Assembly: GCF_025526975.1 (NCBI RefSeq)
Contig: NW_026515673.1
Coordinates: forward strand, 124,001 to 188,000
From: Fimicolochytrium jonesii
Taxonomy: Eukaryota
Length of the DNA: 64,000 nucleotides
Direction: 5' to 3'
Shown: positions 51,496 through 63,553 of the stretch, piece by piece
How the letters are laid out: each line of letters opens with the position of its first letter
Position numbering within the stretch: the stretch's first letter is position 1
Translations under genes and position numbers: made by a program
The notes under the pieces: generated by a model
Seen by the model: the letters and a program-made list of their open reading frames with translations, nothing else
Told to the model about the DNA's origin: nothing
The model's database searches: none

Positions 51496-52567
51496 TTAAT
51501 ACCGTGGCGTTCCTCCGTTTGCAACAATGACTGCCTGCATCCTTGTCGGCATCGATCCAACTAGGTTATCCAAATGCCTTTCCACTGTTGGCCACACCTG
51601 CTGCACAACACCATCCAGTCCCGCCGCATTTGCATTAGCCTGCGAAACCTCCCGCTTGACAATCGCCCAGAGGTTTTCAATTGGGTTGAGATCGGGGCGC
51701 TGGCCATGGCATGATGTTGATGCCATGCTCCGCAAAGAATTGGCGCGTTTCGGCAGAAGTGTGGATAGGGGCGTTGTCCTGCATGAAAAGGAGGTTGGGA
51801 ACAAAAATCTCAAGGTTTTGCCACATTGGCAAAAGATGAGCGGTTAAATGCTGAACGTAAGCAGTGGAATTGATACCCCTACCGCGAACTTGGCCCTCTC
51901 GCTGAACCGGCTGGACCTGCGTCAACGGACCAACAGGATTTCCAATAAATAATCCCCAATACATAAATGTCTTGCGTCCACTACGTCGAGTGCCTCTGAT
52001 ACAGTCAGGGTGAAAACGTTCAGTTTGCAGACGCCAACATCGCATTTTGGGAACCCAGCCAATATCAAAAGACGTCTCATCCGTCCACACAATCGGTGAC
52101 CAATCCGCAATTGTCCAGTGCTGATGTTCCAACGCAAACGCAAGGTGTGCTGCTTTGTGCTCGTCAGACAAAAACGGCTTGTGGATTTTGAAGGAGGAGG
52201 TCAAATGGAGGAGTTTGTGAAGGTAAGGACGCACTGTCTTTTTGCATGCCGTGATACCTGTAAGAGCGATGAATTCCAACCGAATTTGTTTTAGTGTCTT
52301 TTCTCGTGTCTGACTATCTGAGAGAACAAGTCTGCGGAACTCCTCCAAGTCACCGTCCTCTGGTTGATACTTACCTGGTCTTCCCGGTGGCTTTTTTGAC
52401 TGATAGGACATTGGGCTGTCCGCAGATTCAGCAGCAAACTTCTTGATAGTATACTGAACAGGCCTGAGTGCAACCCCCTCCTGTGAAGCTATTTGTCGCT
52501 TGTTCTTGCCTGACCTGTGCAGCGCCACTATGGCAGCCCTCTTCGGAGGGGAGAGTGGTTTGCCCAT
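51496..52567 (-). mobile_element. Tc1-family transposase pseudogene (frameshift near 51697)
   Basis: HTH N-terminus (MGKPLSPPKRAAIVALH), KPFLSDEHK, IVWTDE, FMQDNAPIH, then PDLNPIENLWAIVK...VANGGTPRY in a shifted frame. No TIR pair found. Confidence 0.9.
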
Positions 52568-53652
52568 AGCAGGGGATGAAGATGGAGGTCGCAATTGCGG
52601 GCATGTCGGTAAGATCCTGGCTTGTCCGGCTGGAGGTTGGCTTGTCTGGAGGCAGGCTGGATGGAACGCGCATCCGCTTGTGAAACGGTCATTGAATTCA
52701 ATTAGAAAAGGTGCACAGGTTTATGTCCGTTGGCTGTACAGCTCATCTATGTCCTTCTCCGAACTTCGGGGAAAGAGGCATGTTGATGAAAGTTTTTTGT
52801 TGATGAAAGCACCAGAATGGACAAACCGCCATGCGCTCAATTTGGCCGGCATAAAGTCATTCCGCAGCACTCCCTCTGTAACCCATCCCAGCTCAAAACT
52901 CCCGTGAGCGCAAGCATATGAGGGCTCTGTAATCCGGAAAGTGCATGTGCAGACGGGTGAATAATGGAGCACGCGCAAGAAGAACACGTCTCATAAGCAA
53001 GCCATTCCGCCGGTCCGCGTCACCCCTCGCATCTGGACCCCCTTCCCGCTTCCTGCAGGAGACCTAAAGAGGGAAGGTATTTGGCTGTGCAGGAGAGTGC
53101 AAAAAGTGCACCGCTCCCTCAAACTTCCTGCAGGCGCTTCCAGTTGAGCGATGTAACGGCATCGACGGGGAGACAACATCTTGGTGGTTCTCGCGCGAGA
53201 GGGCGGTAGTGGCGCAGATATATAGAGACCTCACCACCTTGACCGACTCCACACTCTCGACGCCGGCTGACGCACGGCAGACTTTCCGAGCTCCGCGTTT
53301 GACCTCGGGTGGGGTATCCAAGGGTTCAATGATATATCCCATACACATTTGCGCTAGTTGTAAGGACTACTCCACCCTGCAAATAGTTGTCTGGTGGGAA
53401 GGGGGTTCCGAGAGTGGGGTTGAGAATAACGGTAGGTGAGTTTGGCTCAGAAGGGAAGGTGAGTGTTCCTTTTCCATATCCTCAAATTCATTCTTGAGAT
53501 GGACTTACTCCACCATGGAGTATTGGCTGCGGACCGCTGAATGTACGGAATGCTCATGTATCTACAGGTTCGTGTGATCCCGAGCAGTGTAGCTATATAT
53601 CCAAATCCCAGGAAGGTGATTTGTTGATCATGTTCACAGTACCTCCAATGTA

Positions 53653-54916
53653 CACTACCATGACAAAAGTTTTCGGAACGCGCGTTGGGTCTACATACCC
53701 CCCCCCCAAAAACTATAAAACCCCACCCCCCCCGGGGCCCCCTTTGGTCTGCACGCCCGTCATGGCTCCGCACACCACTGAACTGCAACGCCACGCTGTT
53801 TTGACACACCACAAGAGTGGCATGCCCCTCCGGGACAATGCCGAGCTTGAGAACCTCCCAATTTCTACCATCTCCGATATCATCCGCCGTTTCAACACCC
53901 GTGGCACTGCTGCTGACCAGCAACGCAGCGGACGCCCTCGGAAGACCTCTGGAAACTACTCTCGCTATCTGCGCCGGCTCACAACACTCAACGCGGACGC
54001 ACGACGGACCCCATTAGGTCAGATCACTCAGCAGTTCAACGCAGGGCGTGATGATCCAGTCAGTTCCCGTACAATTCAACGCCGGTTGAGTGACTTAGGA
54101 CTTCAGCGGTCTTTTGCGGTCACAAAGCCTCGTCTCCTGCCCCATCATAAGCGGAATTGGCTCGCATTGGCTAGAGCATATCGCGACTGGCACGTCATGG
54201 ATTGAGCAAAGGTTGTGTGGACGGACGAAACGTCATGGGAGCTTGGACACGAGAGCCAAATTCGAGTCTGGCGTCACCCTGGAGAACGTCTTCATGAAGA
54301 CTGTGTTCAGGCAAACCCTCCACGTGGACGTTCGATCATGTTTTGGGGCTGTATCATCGGCGACCGCGTCGGCCCTTTTGTTAGCTACCGTGGACGCCTT
54401 AATGCAGAGGCCTACACGCAAATCTTGCAAACCCACTTCCTTCCCTTCATCGAGAGGGTCACCGAGGATGAGCCCGAGCTTGCAAACTGGATCTTTCAGC
54501 AGGATAACTCCCCCGTTCACACTGCGCGAAGATCAAAGGAGTTTTTTGACGAAAACTTCATTCCTTACATGGAATGGCCTGCATATAGTCCCGATTTGAA
54601 TCCCATCGAGAATCTCTGGGCTATTCTGAAGAATCGAGTCGAAAAACAGCGCCCAAGCACTCTCGATGAGCTTGAACGGATGGCGACGGAGGAATGGGCA
54701 CGTTTGGACCCTGCGATGATTTTTCACTTACTGACAGCATGCAGCGGCGTATGCAGCAGGTTATTAATGCAAAAGGCGGCAGCATTGACTACTGAACCAT
54801 CCCCGATAATAGTGCAGAATAGGTTGTATAAGTATGTTTTCATGTATTGTATAAAACTATACCCTTGCCGCATATAAAACCACGCGAAAATTCCGAAAAC
54901 TTTTGTCGTGGTACTG
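53653..54916 (+). mobile_element. Full-length Tc1 (DD34E) element, 1264 bp, with 26-bp TIRs and TA target duplication
   Basis: Left TA|CACTACCATGACAAAAGTTTTCGGAA (53653-53678); right TTCCGAAAACTTTTGTCGTGGTACTG|TA (54891-54916); 24/26 match. Confidence 0.93.
53762..54795 (+). pseudogene. Tc1 transposase with nonsense codon (54203-54205) and a frameshift near 54725
   Basis: RSGRPRKT, D*AKVVWTDE, FQQDNSPVH-x-SPDLNPIENLW (34 residues between D and E), C-terminus MQRRMQQVINAKGGSIDY in another frame. Confidence 0.9.
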
Positions 54917-55304
54917 TATGAGCGGAAGGTATTAAGGGGCCGACGCGATCAAAATTGCTCCGAAGTCTACAAGGCATTTTTCTGGCCCCAAATGAAAGCT
55001 TCACGAAGAGGCAAAGCTTTTGGAAGAAACCAGGCCACGTCTATTATGTAATATCGAAGAGCACATCACATGGGGAGGCCCCCTCTGACTTAACAGATAT
55101 CGTACAGAATGGGAGGGTAAAGAGGTACGATGTACATACAGCACTGTGAGGGGAGATACGACTACAAGACGATACGCGAGTAACATTGCTTTTGAGTTGC
55201 CGTACATTAGGGGAAAGGCGTGATGATCATCGGTATTGAGGGCGGAGAGCACGGTTGACCGAGCTCAAGTTGACGGTGTACGTCGCAGACGAGGGACACT
55301 CCCT

Positions 55305-56710
55305 CTAATACCCCCTCGGCCTCGAAAACAAATACTCTACAGCGGCCTCCACATTCCCCCCCGTAGCCGTAAGTGCCGCAATATTCTCCGCCGCACTGAA
55401 GAATCCCATCTCCTGCAACTGCCGCAGCTGTTCCTGAAACCGTTCTTCCGGGGGGCGGGTGTCGGCTGGTGCTGCGGGTGCGCCGAAACCGCCAGCTCCG
55501 CCCATGAGCATTTGCATTAGAGCAGGGTTCATCAAGGGTGATGCGCCCGCGCCTGCACCAGGCGATGCGGCTGATCGGGCGGCGTCCGGGTTGGCTCCTC
55601 CAAATATGCCGGCTAGTGGATTGCCAGCGGCTCCCGCACCACCAGCACCACCACCGTTCATGGCACCCATCAAGGGCAACATCTGCATCGCTTGCTGCAG
55701 CACTGCCGGGTTGGACATCATGCTTCTAAACTGGGGGCTGTTCATCATCTCGCGCATCTGCGGGGTGATCATGCCCGCCATTGCTGGGTTGGCCGCGGCG
55801 AGCTGATCGAGGACTTGTGGGTTGGACATCATTTGCGCAACTGAGGCGCTGACGGCCGGGTTGGAGAGCATAGCGTTGATCATTGCTGAGGGGTCGCCGC
55901 CGCCGCCCATGCCGCCCATTCCGCCGCCGCCGAATGCTGCAAAGGGGTTGCCGCCCGCTCCGCCAAGGCCGCCGGCTGCTCCTGGTCCACCGAACATGTT
56001 GAACGGGTTAGCGGCAGCGGGATTCGCGGTGGAGGGAGATGTGGCGGTGGACGCGGCGGGAGTGGTAGAAGCGGCGGCCGTAGCTCCACCGGGTGTTGGC
56101 GCCGATCGAGATGCAGGCGCCGATCCTTTCACCATGTGCACGCTGTAAAGGTCAGGAAATATGGTCAACATACATTCGCTCCCAAAGTATCACCATCACG
56201 CGAGAACAGTGTTATGCGGTGCACGAAACGTAGACCGTGCTCGCTCCGCTCGCGACAAGGAGGTTGAGATGCGGTGGGCGGCACAAGTCGCCTCGCTCGC
56301 AGAAAATCTAGCGCTCACCGGTGCTCGCTCAGAACCGTGAAGAGAAGATTGCGCCTTTGGCGCGAGGGGCTTCGCTGTTACCCGGCGCTCGTCGCTTCAT
56401 TCACCGCCGTTTATCCCGCTCTCGCTCCCGCAATCCCTTCCCATCCACCAAAACCGTCCTCCGCTGAGAAACCCCCACCCCTCTCTTCTCCAAGTAATAC
56501 TCACGTATTACCATCCTGCATCTTATAAGTCTCGATCTTCTCCTCATCCTTCATCACTTTTCCCGCAAAGATCAGTCGCTGCTGAGTTGTGGGAACATCG
56601 GCGTGGTCGGCTATTTTCTGCTTGAGGTCAGCTACAGAGGCGGTGGTGTTGATTGAGACTGAGAAGGCGGTCTCGTTTGCCTGCTTTATTTTGATATTTA
56701 TTTCTGGCAT
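55305..56710 (-). CDS. DSK2: Ubiquilin/Dsk2 (UBL-STI1-UBA), 2 exons, intron 56143-56504
   Basis: UBL: QQRLIFAGKVMKDEEKIETYKMQDGNT|VHMVK; Met/Asn/Pro-rich STI1 repeats; UBA: PEERFQEQLRQLQEMGFFSAAENIAALTATGGNVEAAVEYL. Confidence 0.95.
56143..56504 (-). repeat. 362-nt DSK2 intron, copy 2 of the repeated intronic element
   Basis: Homologous to the HEN1 intron 15100-15460 over approx. 56238-56440, at the same distance from the acceptor site. Confidence 0.85.
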
Positions 56711-57635
56711 TGTGCTGTGTTGTTGTTGGGGGGGGGGGGGGGGTGATTGTGGTGTGGTTGCGGAGGGTTTGGAGGATTCCGCGCAGAGAGCCTTTGTATT
56801 TGAAGCACACGTCTCTCGCAGTCGGGCGGCCACGTCACAACTGGAGAACTCGCTGCGCCCCGCCCCGTCGACAGGTGGCTATTTGGATTGAAGGGACCGC
56901 CCGGAACGAAGGAAGGACCCAGAGCATTCTGCCGCTTGCATCACGGAGCATCACGTGACCGCGATTCAACCTCGGCTTACGTTTTGGGAAGGGAGGGGAT
57001 GTGGCTCGGGATGCGTGTCGGCCAAACCAAATATGTCTAGGGAGGGGTGAGCACTGGGGCCGATTGGAGCAGCATCTTTCTCTCACACGCAGTAAGCCGG
57101 TTTCTGCCCTTCGCCCTTCGCGGCCGTCTGGTGTTTGTGTGTACTGAATCAGTACGGGTCTTTGATTTCCTTTATACACTTGAATGGTGGTTGTTTTGAA
57201 TGTGATGTTTTTGTTTTTCTGAGATGCGTTGATTGTGCAGCGATTCAAGTTGATTGGCTATATCTGGCCTGAATGCCGCCGACGAGTACACGATTCAAGG
57301 ACGAAAAGTTCGGGTTTTGATGTCTGACCATCTATTTCGCTATGCAATTCAGCACAAAAAATAACACAACACGCAAATACAAACAGTCTACGCCATAGAA
57401 CGGTGTCCCACGTAAATAAAGAGAGTGTCAAGGAGAGTGAGGGTGACCGAGCTACTGCCTACGTGACGAACAAAAACTATTATACATGCTCGAGGCGGGG
57501 CACATCGCTTTTCTGCTCGTCTAGTATGAGAAGAAGGGATGTGCACCGTGAAGGGAATCAAATGCAAAATGGGAGCTTGATGATGATATGCTTCTTCTAA
57601 TCGTCCGTTTTACAAAAATGTTGTGTGTTGTCTGT

Positions 57636-58406
57636 TCAGATCAACAAGACGGCGGCGCCGATGGCAGCGGCCGCTACGGCTCCAGCGGAGGAGACCTTGC
57701 CGGCGCTGCTGTTGCTGCCGGGCGTTGTAGAGTTGGAAGCCGATCCCGGTCCCGCGGCGGGCTTGGAGGCACCAGCGGTGGGCACGGCGGACGCGGCGGC
57801 CTTGTTCAGAGAGCACCTCAGGGTGATGTTGGAGATCTTCCAGCCGGTTGTCGCGGGGGTAAAGTTGATCAGAGTCAAGTCCTCGATGGAGGAGAAACCG
57901 ACGCCGGAGAAGTCAAAGAACGGGAGGGCAACCTGGGTTCCGGTGATGTACTTTGCGGCAGGCAGGTAGTTCTTGTTGGCGTTTTGGATCTGCGAGCAGT
58001 CCGGGTTACGGGGGGTCCAGGCGATGTTGAAGGCACCGGATGCTGGTGCGACCAGGTCGAAGGTCAACCCTTGATACTTGGAGAGGTCACGGCACTTTTG
58101 CTCGTTGAAGTGAATGGCAACGTACCCGCCTGTGGTGGGCAGGGATACGGTCCAGGTGGCGGGAGCGGTGAAGGTGGTTTTTGCGTTGTCCCAGCCTTCT
58201 GCGATAGCGGCCGAGCCGTTAGCGGTGGAGGCAGCAAGCACCTCGTCAACACAGCCTGTTGGTGTGCCTGTTGACTGTGGTGCTGCTGCTCCCGAGGCGG
58301 GTGCGGTTGCGGTTGCGCCTGGAGCGACGAAAGTGAAGGACGACTGTGCGGAGACAGAGGCGACCAGGGCGGCGGCGCAAAGAAGGGTGCTCTTGAAGGC
58401 GGGCAT
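57636..58406 (-). CDS. Secreted, probably GPI-anchored Ser/Thr/Ala-rich protein with a central beta-sandwich (CBM-like) domain
   Basis: Signal peptide MPAFKSTLLCAAALVASVSA|Q; central DLSKYQGLTFDL...QVALPFFDF with 4 Cys; C-terminal SSAG + hydrophobic tail AVAAAAIGAAVLLI. Confidence 0.75.
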   Translation of the reverse strand: MPAFKSTLLCAAALVASVSAQSSFTFVAPGATATAPASGAAAPQSTGTPTGCVDEVLAASTANGSAAIAEGWDNAKTTFTAPATWTVSLPTTGGYVAIHFNEQKCRDLSKYQGLTFDLVAPASGAFNIAWTPRNPDCSQIQNANKNYLPAAKYITGTQVALPFFDFSGVGFSSIEDLTLINFTPATTGWKISNITLRCSLNKAAASAVPTAGASKPAAGPGSASNSTTPGSNSSAGKVSSAGAVAAAAIGAAVLLI

Positions 58407-58461
58407 GGTTGATAGTATTAGAGAGAGTGTTGTTGTGGTGAACGGTGTTGTGGGAAAGTAC

Positions 58462-58498
58462 GTCGTCGTCGTGGTCGTCGTCGTCGTCGTCGTCGTCG
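58462..58498. repeat. (GTC)n microsatellite upstream of the GPI-protein gene
   Basis: About 12 GTC units with one interruption. Confidence 0.9.
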
Positions 58499-59614
58499 AG
58501 AGGAGGAGAGCAGGTAGCTGAGAGTTTGCGTGGGAATATTGGAGAGAAAGAAGGAAGCGGGGGCGGTATGAGTGCCTGCCTATATGTACGTTTTTCAGTC
58601 TGCGTGGGATCTGGCGGGGGTTGTCGCTGTAACCAATATTGCGGCGGATCCATACCATAACAGCAGTTAGTACAGTATGCGTTTAGGCCTTCCTTCCTTC
58701 CTGCCAAGAGACGAAACGCGGATGGCTTGGGGATGACGACGTTCCCGTCTCGTCTGCCAAGTGGCGGTAAGGTTGGGGGAGCTGCTTGCTGCCGCTGGGG
58801 AACTTCATCAATAATGTGTTTGGTATTAGCTCAAGCGGAGGTCATTGGTCGCGGTGAAGGAGCTAAAAACGCGCTAAAGAGCCTAAACGCCACAACATTC
58901 ATGAGCAGGCTGTTTCACCCGCAACGCGACCCCCGCGTCTGGTATTTGATTTTAAGTTGCATGTTACCGGTGGACTGGTTAACCGGGATGCGGTCAGTTC
59001 GGGGGCAACGTTCACAGAAAGCGCGGCTGGCGTGGACTTGGGGAAAAACACGTTTACAATGTCCTCATCACTGAAGACTTTGAAATCAACGCAGTCGCTG
59101 CCCACTCATCACAATCGCCTTGCCGAAACGACCGCCGTCTTCAGATTCTGCGCATGGGTTGCTAGTTTCACATAGCTACGTATCAACACTCGAGCCCTTC
59201 TGCTGCAGGCCGAACAGCCTTTTGCGTTGTGTGCTTTCCCATGGCTCGGAACTGAAAGATTAATAATTTCTAAACGTAAAAAGCCAAAATTCCCAAAGGC
59301 GATCCCCGGCTGATCTGTCAATAATATCTCGTAAGTCTTGATTGTAAGCTGTACTTAAATCGAAGCCATATCTCATGACATCACCCATGCACCGTTCTTC
59401 ACAAGTTCGTCAAACCCATCCAGAAATCAAGCAGCATGACATGCGTGCCATGGAACCAAGCTCATGTCAATCGCAGTGTGACATCAAACAATCGCCCAAT
59501 TCTGATGGAGTCTCTGACGAAAGGCGTCGGAGTTTCTCCACACGCAGCCTGCTTGCCCCAGAGGGCCCAGACGGGGAAAGATGCCATGCGCAGCCACCCG
59601 CACGGGCATTGAAG

Positions 59615-59774
59615 GAGATCCGATTTCGCACTCACTTCTATAGTTCTATTTGCACTCATACTCTTGCGTGTTGTTATGGTAGGTTAGTAACCCACCAAGT
59701 TTATGTCGCTTATTATAATGTTAAGTGGCTGAGTGCGAATAGAATTATAGAAGTGAGTGCGAATATCGGTTCTC
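59615..59774. mobile_element. MITE-like inverted repeat
   Basis: GAGATCCGATTTCGCACTCACTTCTATAGTTCTATTTGCACTCA (59615-59658) is the near-perfect reverse complement of 59730-59774; AT-rich spacer of about 70 bp. Confidence 0.6.
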
Positions 59775-61394
59775 GGGCTTTGAAGATGAGGGAGGCTCAT
59801 CCCTTCGTCATCCGTGGCTGAAGCGCGAACTCCGCACGGAGCATGGGCTTGTGTGAGGTGCGCAAATATACATATATATATATATACATATGCTTGGATG
59901 AAAAGGGCTTTGGGAAGCATGTGAAAGGACGGAGGGGCAACATGTACCACGGAAGGATTATGGTGAGACCGAGGTCGGATTGCAGGTGCAAGGGCAGAGA
60001 GCTTCCATGCGGTATTGGCGGCCATGCCTTTCTATGGCACATCCGCATATCTTTTGGCCACCCACTGTATGAGTGCATGTTCTCTCGCAACATTGTTCGG
60101 CGGCCCGTATTCTACCGGCTGTCGCCAAAGCACTTCGGGCTGTATTCATATAGTGCATGCACACAGGGTTGACGGGAAACTCCAGTCGTCGGCACCCTGC
60201 TTCTTTCTATACGGAAAGGATTGAAAGTCGGCTGCGGTTCCAGACGCATTCGCAGAGTGTTCCCTGAAAGGTGACCGCCAATCGGTTCAAGGAGAATGGG
60301 AATTTCTGCTGCGTCTCATTCGGCGGGTTGTTCCCGGAACGATGTGATATACTGTGACTACTCAGCCCTTTGTAAGAAAGGTCACCGAACGGTTTGTTGA
60401 ACTGAGAGGTGTGCTAGCAATCGAGTTCACTCCGCCCATTTTCGATGAGACTGACTCCTGGCCACACTCCGCCCAGCCCATTCCCAATAGATCGCAAGCC
60501 GACAGGCCCCCACGAGGTGAGAAATGAAACCCTATCGCCACGACAGCTACATCATCTCTCCTCTCGCTCAGCAACTCCACCCAGATTTCGCGGCGGGTGT
60601 CAGACTCGATGCGCGAGAGGCAAGCATCAAAGTTCTCCTCGAGATGTGCGTCATAGGTAAGTGCAGGAGCCCATGTAGGTGCAATTCGCCCAAGTGGCGT
60701 CCCGCGCTGTTGACATGCTCGGGGCAAACGCCATACTCACAGAGCGTTGTCGAACCGTCCTGAGGCGGTCAAATCGATGGTCGAACCACGACCAATAATT
60801 GTCTCCACTACGTTTCCCACGCATCGATTTACTGCATAGTTTGCACGTCAATCCTTTCGCGGGCTTTTCCTTTATACCCCGCCTGTACGCTTTGAACTGC
60901 ACGCCTTGTTATAAGATTGCCATTTCTCAGTTGCGTGCAACGCCTTCTTCAGTGCACGTACGCTGTCTGTTTGCCGTTTCGCGCGTGTTTGCATCAACTG
61001 AGCAATGTCGTACACGGGCTAAATGCGAAAGCCCCTCGATCGATCCTCCATTGTTTGCGGACTTGAACCTCGCTGCCTCCGTTGTAAAGTCCGTTGCTTT
61101 GTCAGTGCTTCTACGTATAGAGTGGTGGAATAAGCGACGGGGAGTCGAAAAGGCTGTCGAGCGAGACGGGGTTGAAGGCGCAGGTTGACGCGAGACGCGA
61201 CGTCGCTTTTCTGTCGGCTTTGCAAACTGAACATGAAAGCTGCCTCCGCGAGAACCCCTTTGAAGAATCAGCGATACAGATATAGGGATATCCAGAACAC
61301 TGATATGCACCGTCTGTTGCACTCCCGACGCCAGGCAGTATCAAGCACCTCCACTGCAAGTCACTGCTCTGCTCGATATACAGATTGGGAAACT

Positions 61395-63540
61395 ATGGAC
61401 TTGAGCGAGCAGCTGGAGTACTTCCAGTTTTTACCTTCCCACTCGGCGTCCGTCTCCTCTGACAGTATGTGCCAGCCAAAGTCGTGCAAGTTACCTTTCA
61501 ACCATACGAGTAAAAAGCTGTGATCTTACGCTTTGGCACCTCTCCGTACAGTCTTTGCCAGCACAGGCTTCACACCACCATCCCCATCCGCAGCGTCATG
61601 TGTCTCTTTCGAACCCTTACTTAATCAGTCTTCCCACACTGGCGAGCCTAGCTCTTCATACCGAACAGTATGCGATGCGTGCAAAAAGAGCTTCACGTCC
61701 GACGCAACCTACGCGTCGCATCTTCGGACAGCACGGCATCTAACAAATGTGAAAGAGGGCCTTAGAAAGAAGGAGGGTGGGAGCGGGAGCGGGAACGGAA
61801 AGAAAGGAAAGGGCGTTGGGCCGGGGAACGCGAATTCGAGCGAAGTCGCTGGTGTGTACGCTATCGTATTGGGCATATGAGTGCTTCTTTCACCCGCTCA
61901 CAGTCTCAGATTGATTCAGAGACGCTCCGAAAGGTCGCCGCAGCGGATGAGCTTGTATCCACAGACCCGTCCATAGCTGCTACCGTCTATTGGGCTACCG
62001 CAAATGGTATGCATTACGATTGTGCTTCTCATAACCCTCGACGCGCTCACTCACTATGGGCGAATCCGAATTACGTTGCAGCGTTATGGACGTTAGGAAG
62101 CACGCGCTCAACAGCCGAGACGCTGTTGAAACTCTTCTCCGTGCTTGTATCACTGGAGAATGAGACAGGAAACGTGCTTGGGGTGAGGTGGACGCTACCG
62201 GGAGTCGGTTTGAAGCCAGCGCAGATCACTGAAACCCTGTTCCGGGCGAGTATCGCTCTCGCGAGGTTGCTGACGACCTACGACTGCGACCAGGCGCTGG
62301 ACTGGTATGTCGCTGCTTTGGACGCTAGGTATCGAATCGGGGTTGGTGCAGCTCTCGGGAAAGTCAGACAGGTTGGTTGTTCTCCTATCGGATTGCGCTA
62401 TGGTACCCGCTCAATTTGAGGTCAACTAAAACCCTTAACATGACCGGTGAACGCCAGGGAGTCCCATTCGATGCACTTCTCGCTGCGATGGACAGAAGTC
62501 TTCAAGCGAACATTCTCCCCACTTTATCCAAACGGAAGAAAGAAACGGCCGCGCCAGCCAAGCCGCAAGACGCGATGAAAGAAGCAGTCGCCGTGCGCAA
62601 AATGCAATCATTCGTTGTGGAGGCCATGGCATTCGCTGTCAATATCGAGGAGTTTGAGGAAGCTTGCTACTTAGCGGCGCTTGCAGTTGTTGTTGCTGGG
62701 CATGAGAAAAGGTTTGTGGTTGTTGCGCGGCCTTAGAGACGCAGGAAACCTTTGTAACTCTGACGAGGATTGCTTCTGGTTCGAACCCAGTTGGGAGCAG
62801 GACATAGACCTGACAACCCAACTAGCAAATGTACGTGAAATCATATAACCTTGCTCGCATTTGCACGGTAGCCAATGGCACATCCCATCCTCACGAAATC
62901 CCCATTCCCTCTCATCCCGCAGATCTTCATCGCACTCGGCCGCCCGTGGTCAGCCTGTGATGCCCTTGAAGCCTCCGCCAACACATTACGGACAATCACA
63001 CCGTCGGAGGCACACGCTGAAAACAGTCTGATAACGCCGTTGGATAGAGCAAACAAAGAGATTGCGTTCGTTTTCGACACGTTAGTATTGGCGGTGTTAA
63101 TTGGTAGGTGATGCGTTTCCCGTGGGGCCATCGGAAAGTACGTGTCTGACATTCCTGCTTTCTTGTGTATTGCAGATGATCGCGTCCGCATGCTGCGCCT
63201 TGAAGACCGCCTTCGCCTCATTGCTGCAGAGAATAGTTCGCTCAACCTTCCCGAGATCGAGGTACGTCCCCCTCAACCCACAGTACCGGTCTTCCCACCC
63301 TCACCCCCATTCTCATTTTCCCAGTTTCTGCTCACCCTCTCCACATCCCTCCGAACCCTCAACCACACCCACCTCTCCGAGAGCGCCGAAGAGGCCTACC
63401 ACCGCGTTCTACTCGACTGGAAAACGGCTTCGGAGAATCCGCAGTCGAGCGGTGTGAAGCTTACGAGTGAAGCGAGAATGGCGAACCTAGAGCTGCTTTG
63501 GAATCACGTAACTGAGAGAAGCGATGTTCATGTGAACTGA
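61395..63540 (+). CDS. Multi-exon protein with a C2H2 (matrin/JAZ-like) zinc finger, function unknown
   Basis: CDACKKSFTSDATYASHLRTARH; successive ORF fragments bounded by GT-AG introns; start (61395 vs in-frame 61305/61233) and internal exon structure uncertain. Confidence 0.65.
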
Positions 63541-63553
63541 CGTGGTGATGAGT

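Noticed and set aside
54203..54205. In-frame TGA as recoding (Trp/Sec)
   Set aside because: It lies in a transposon that also has a frameshift, and host genes here use TGA as stop, so a TGG>TGA nonsense mutation is simpler.
59865..59891. (TA)n tract
   Set aside because: Ordinary short microsatellite.
60651..60902. CKLCSK...H peptide as a BED zinc finger of a transposon
   Set aside because: Ligand spacing is incomplete and no downstream transposase motifs were recognised.
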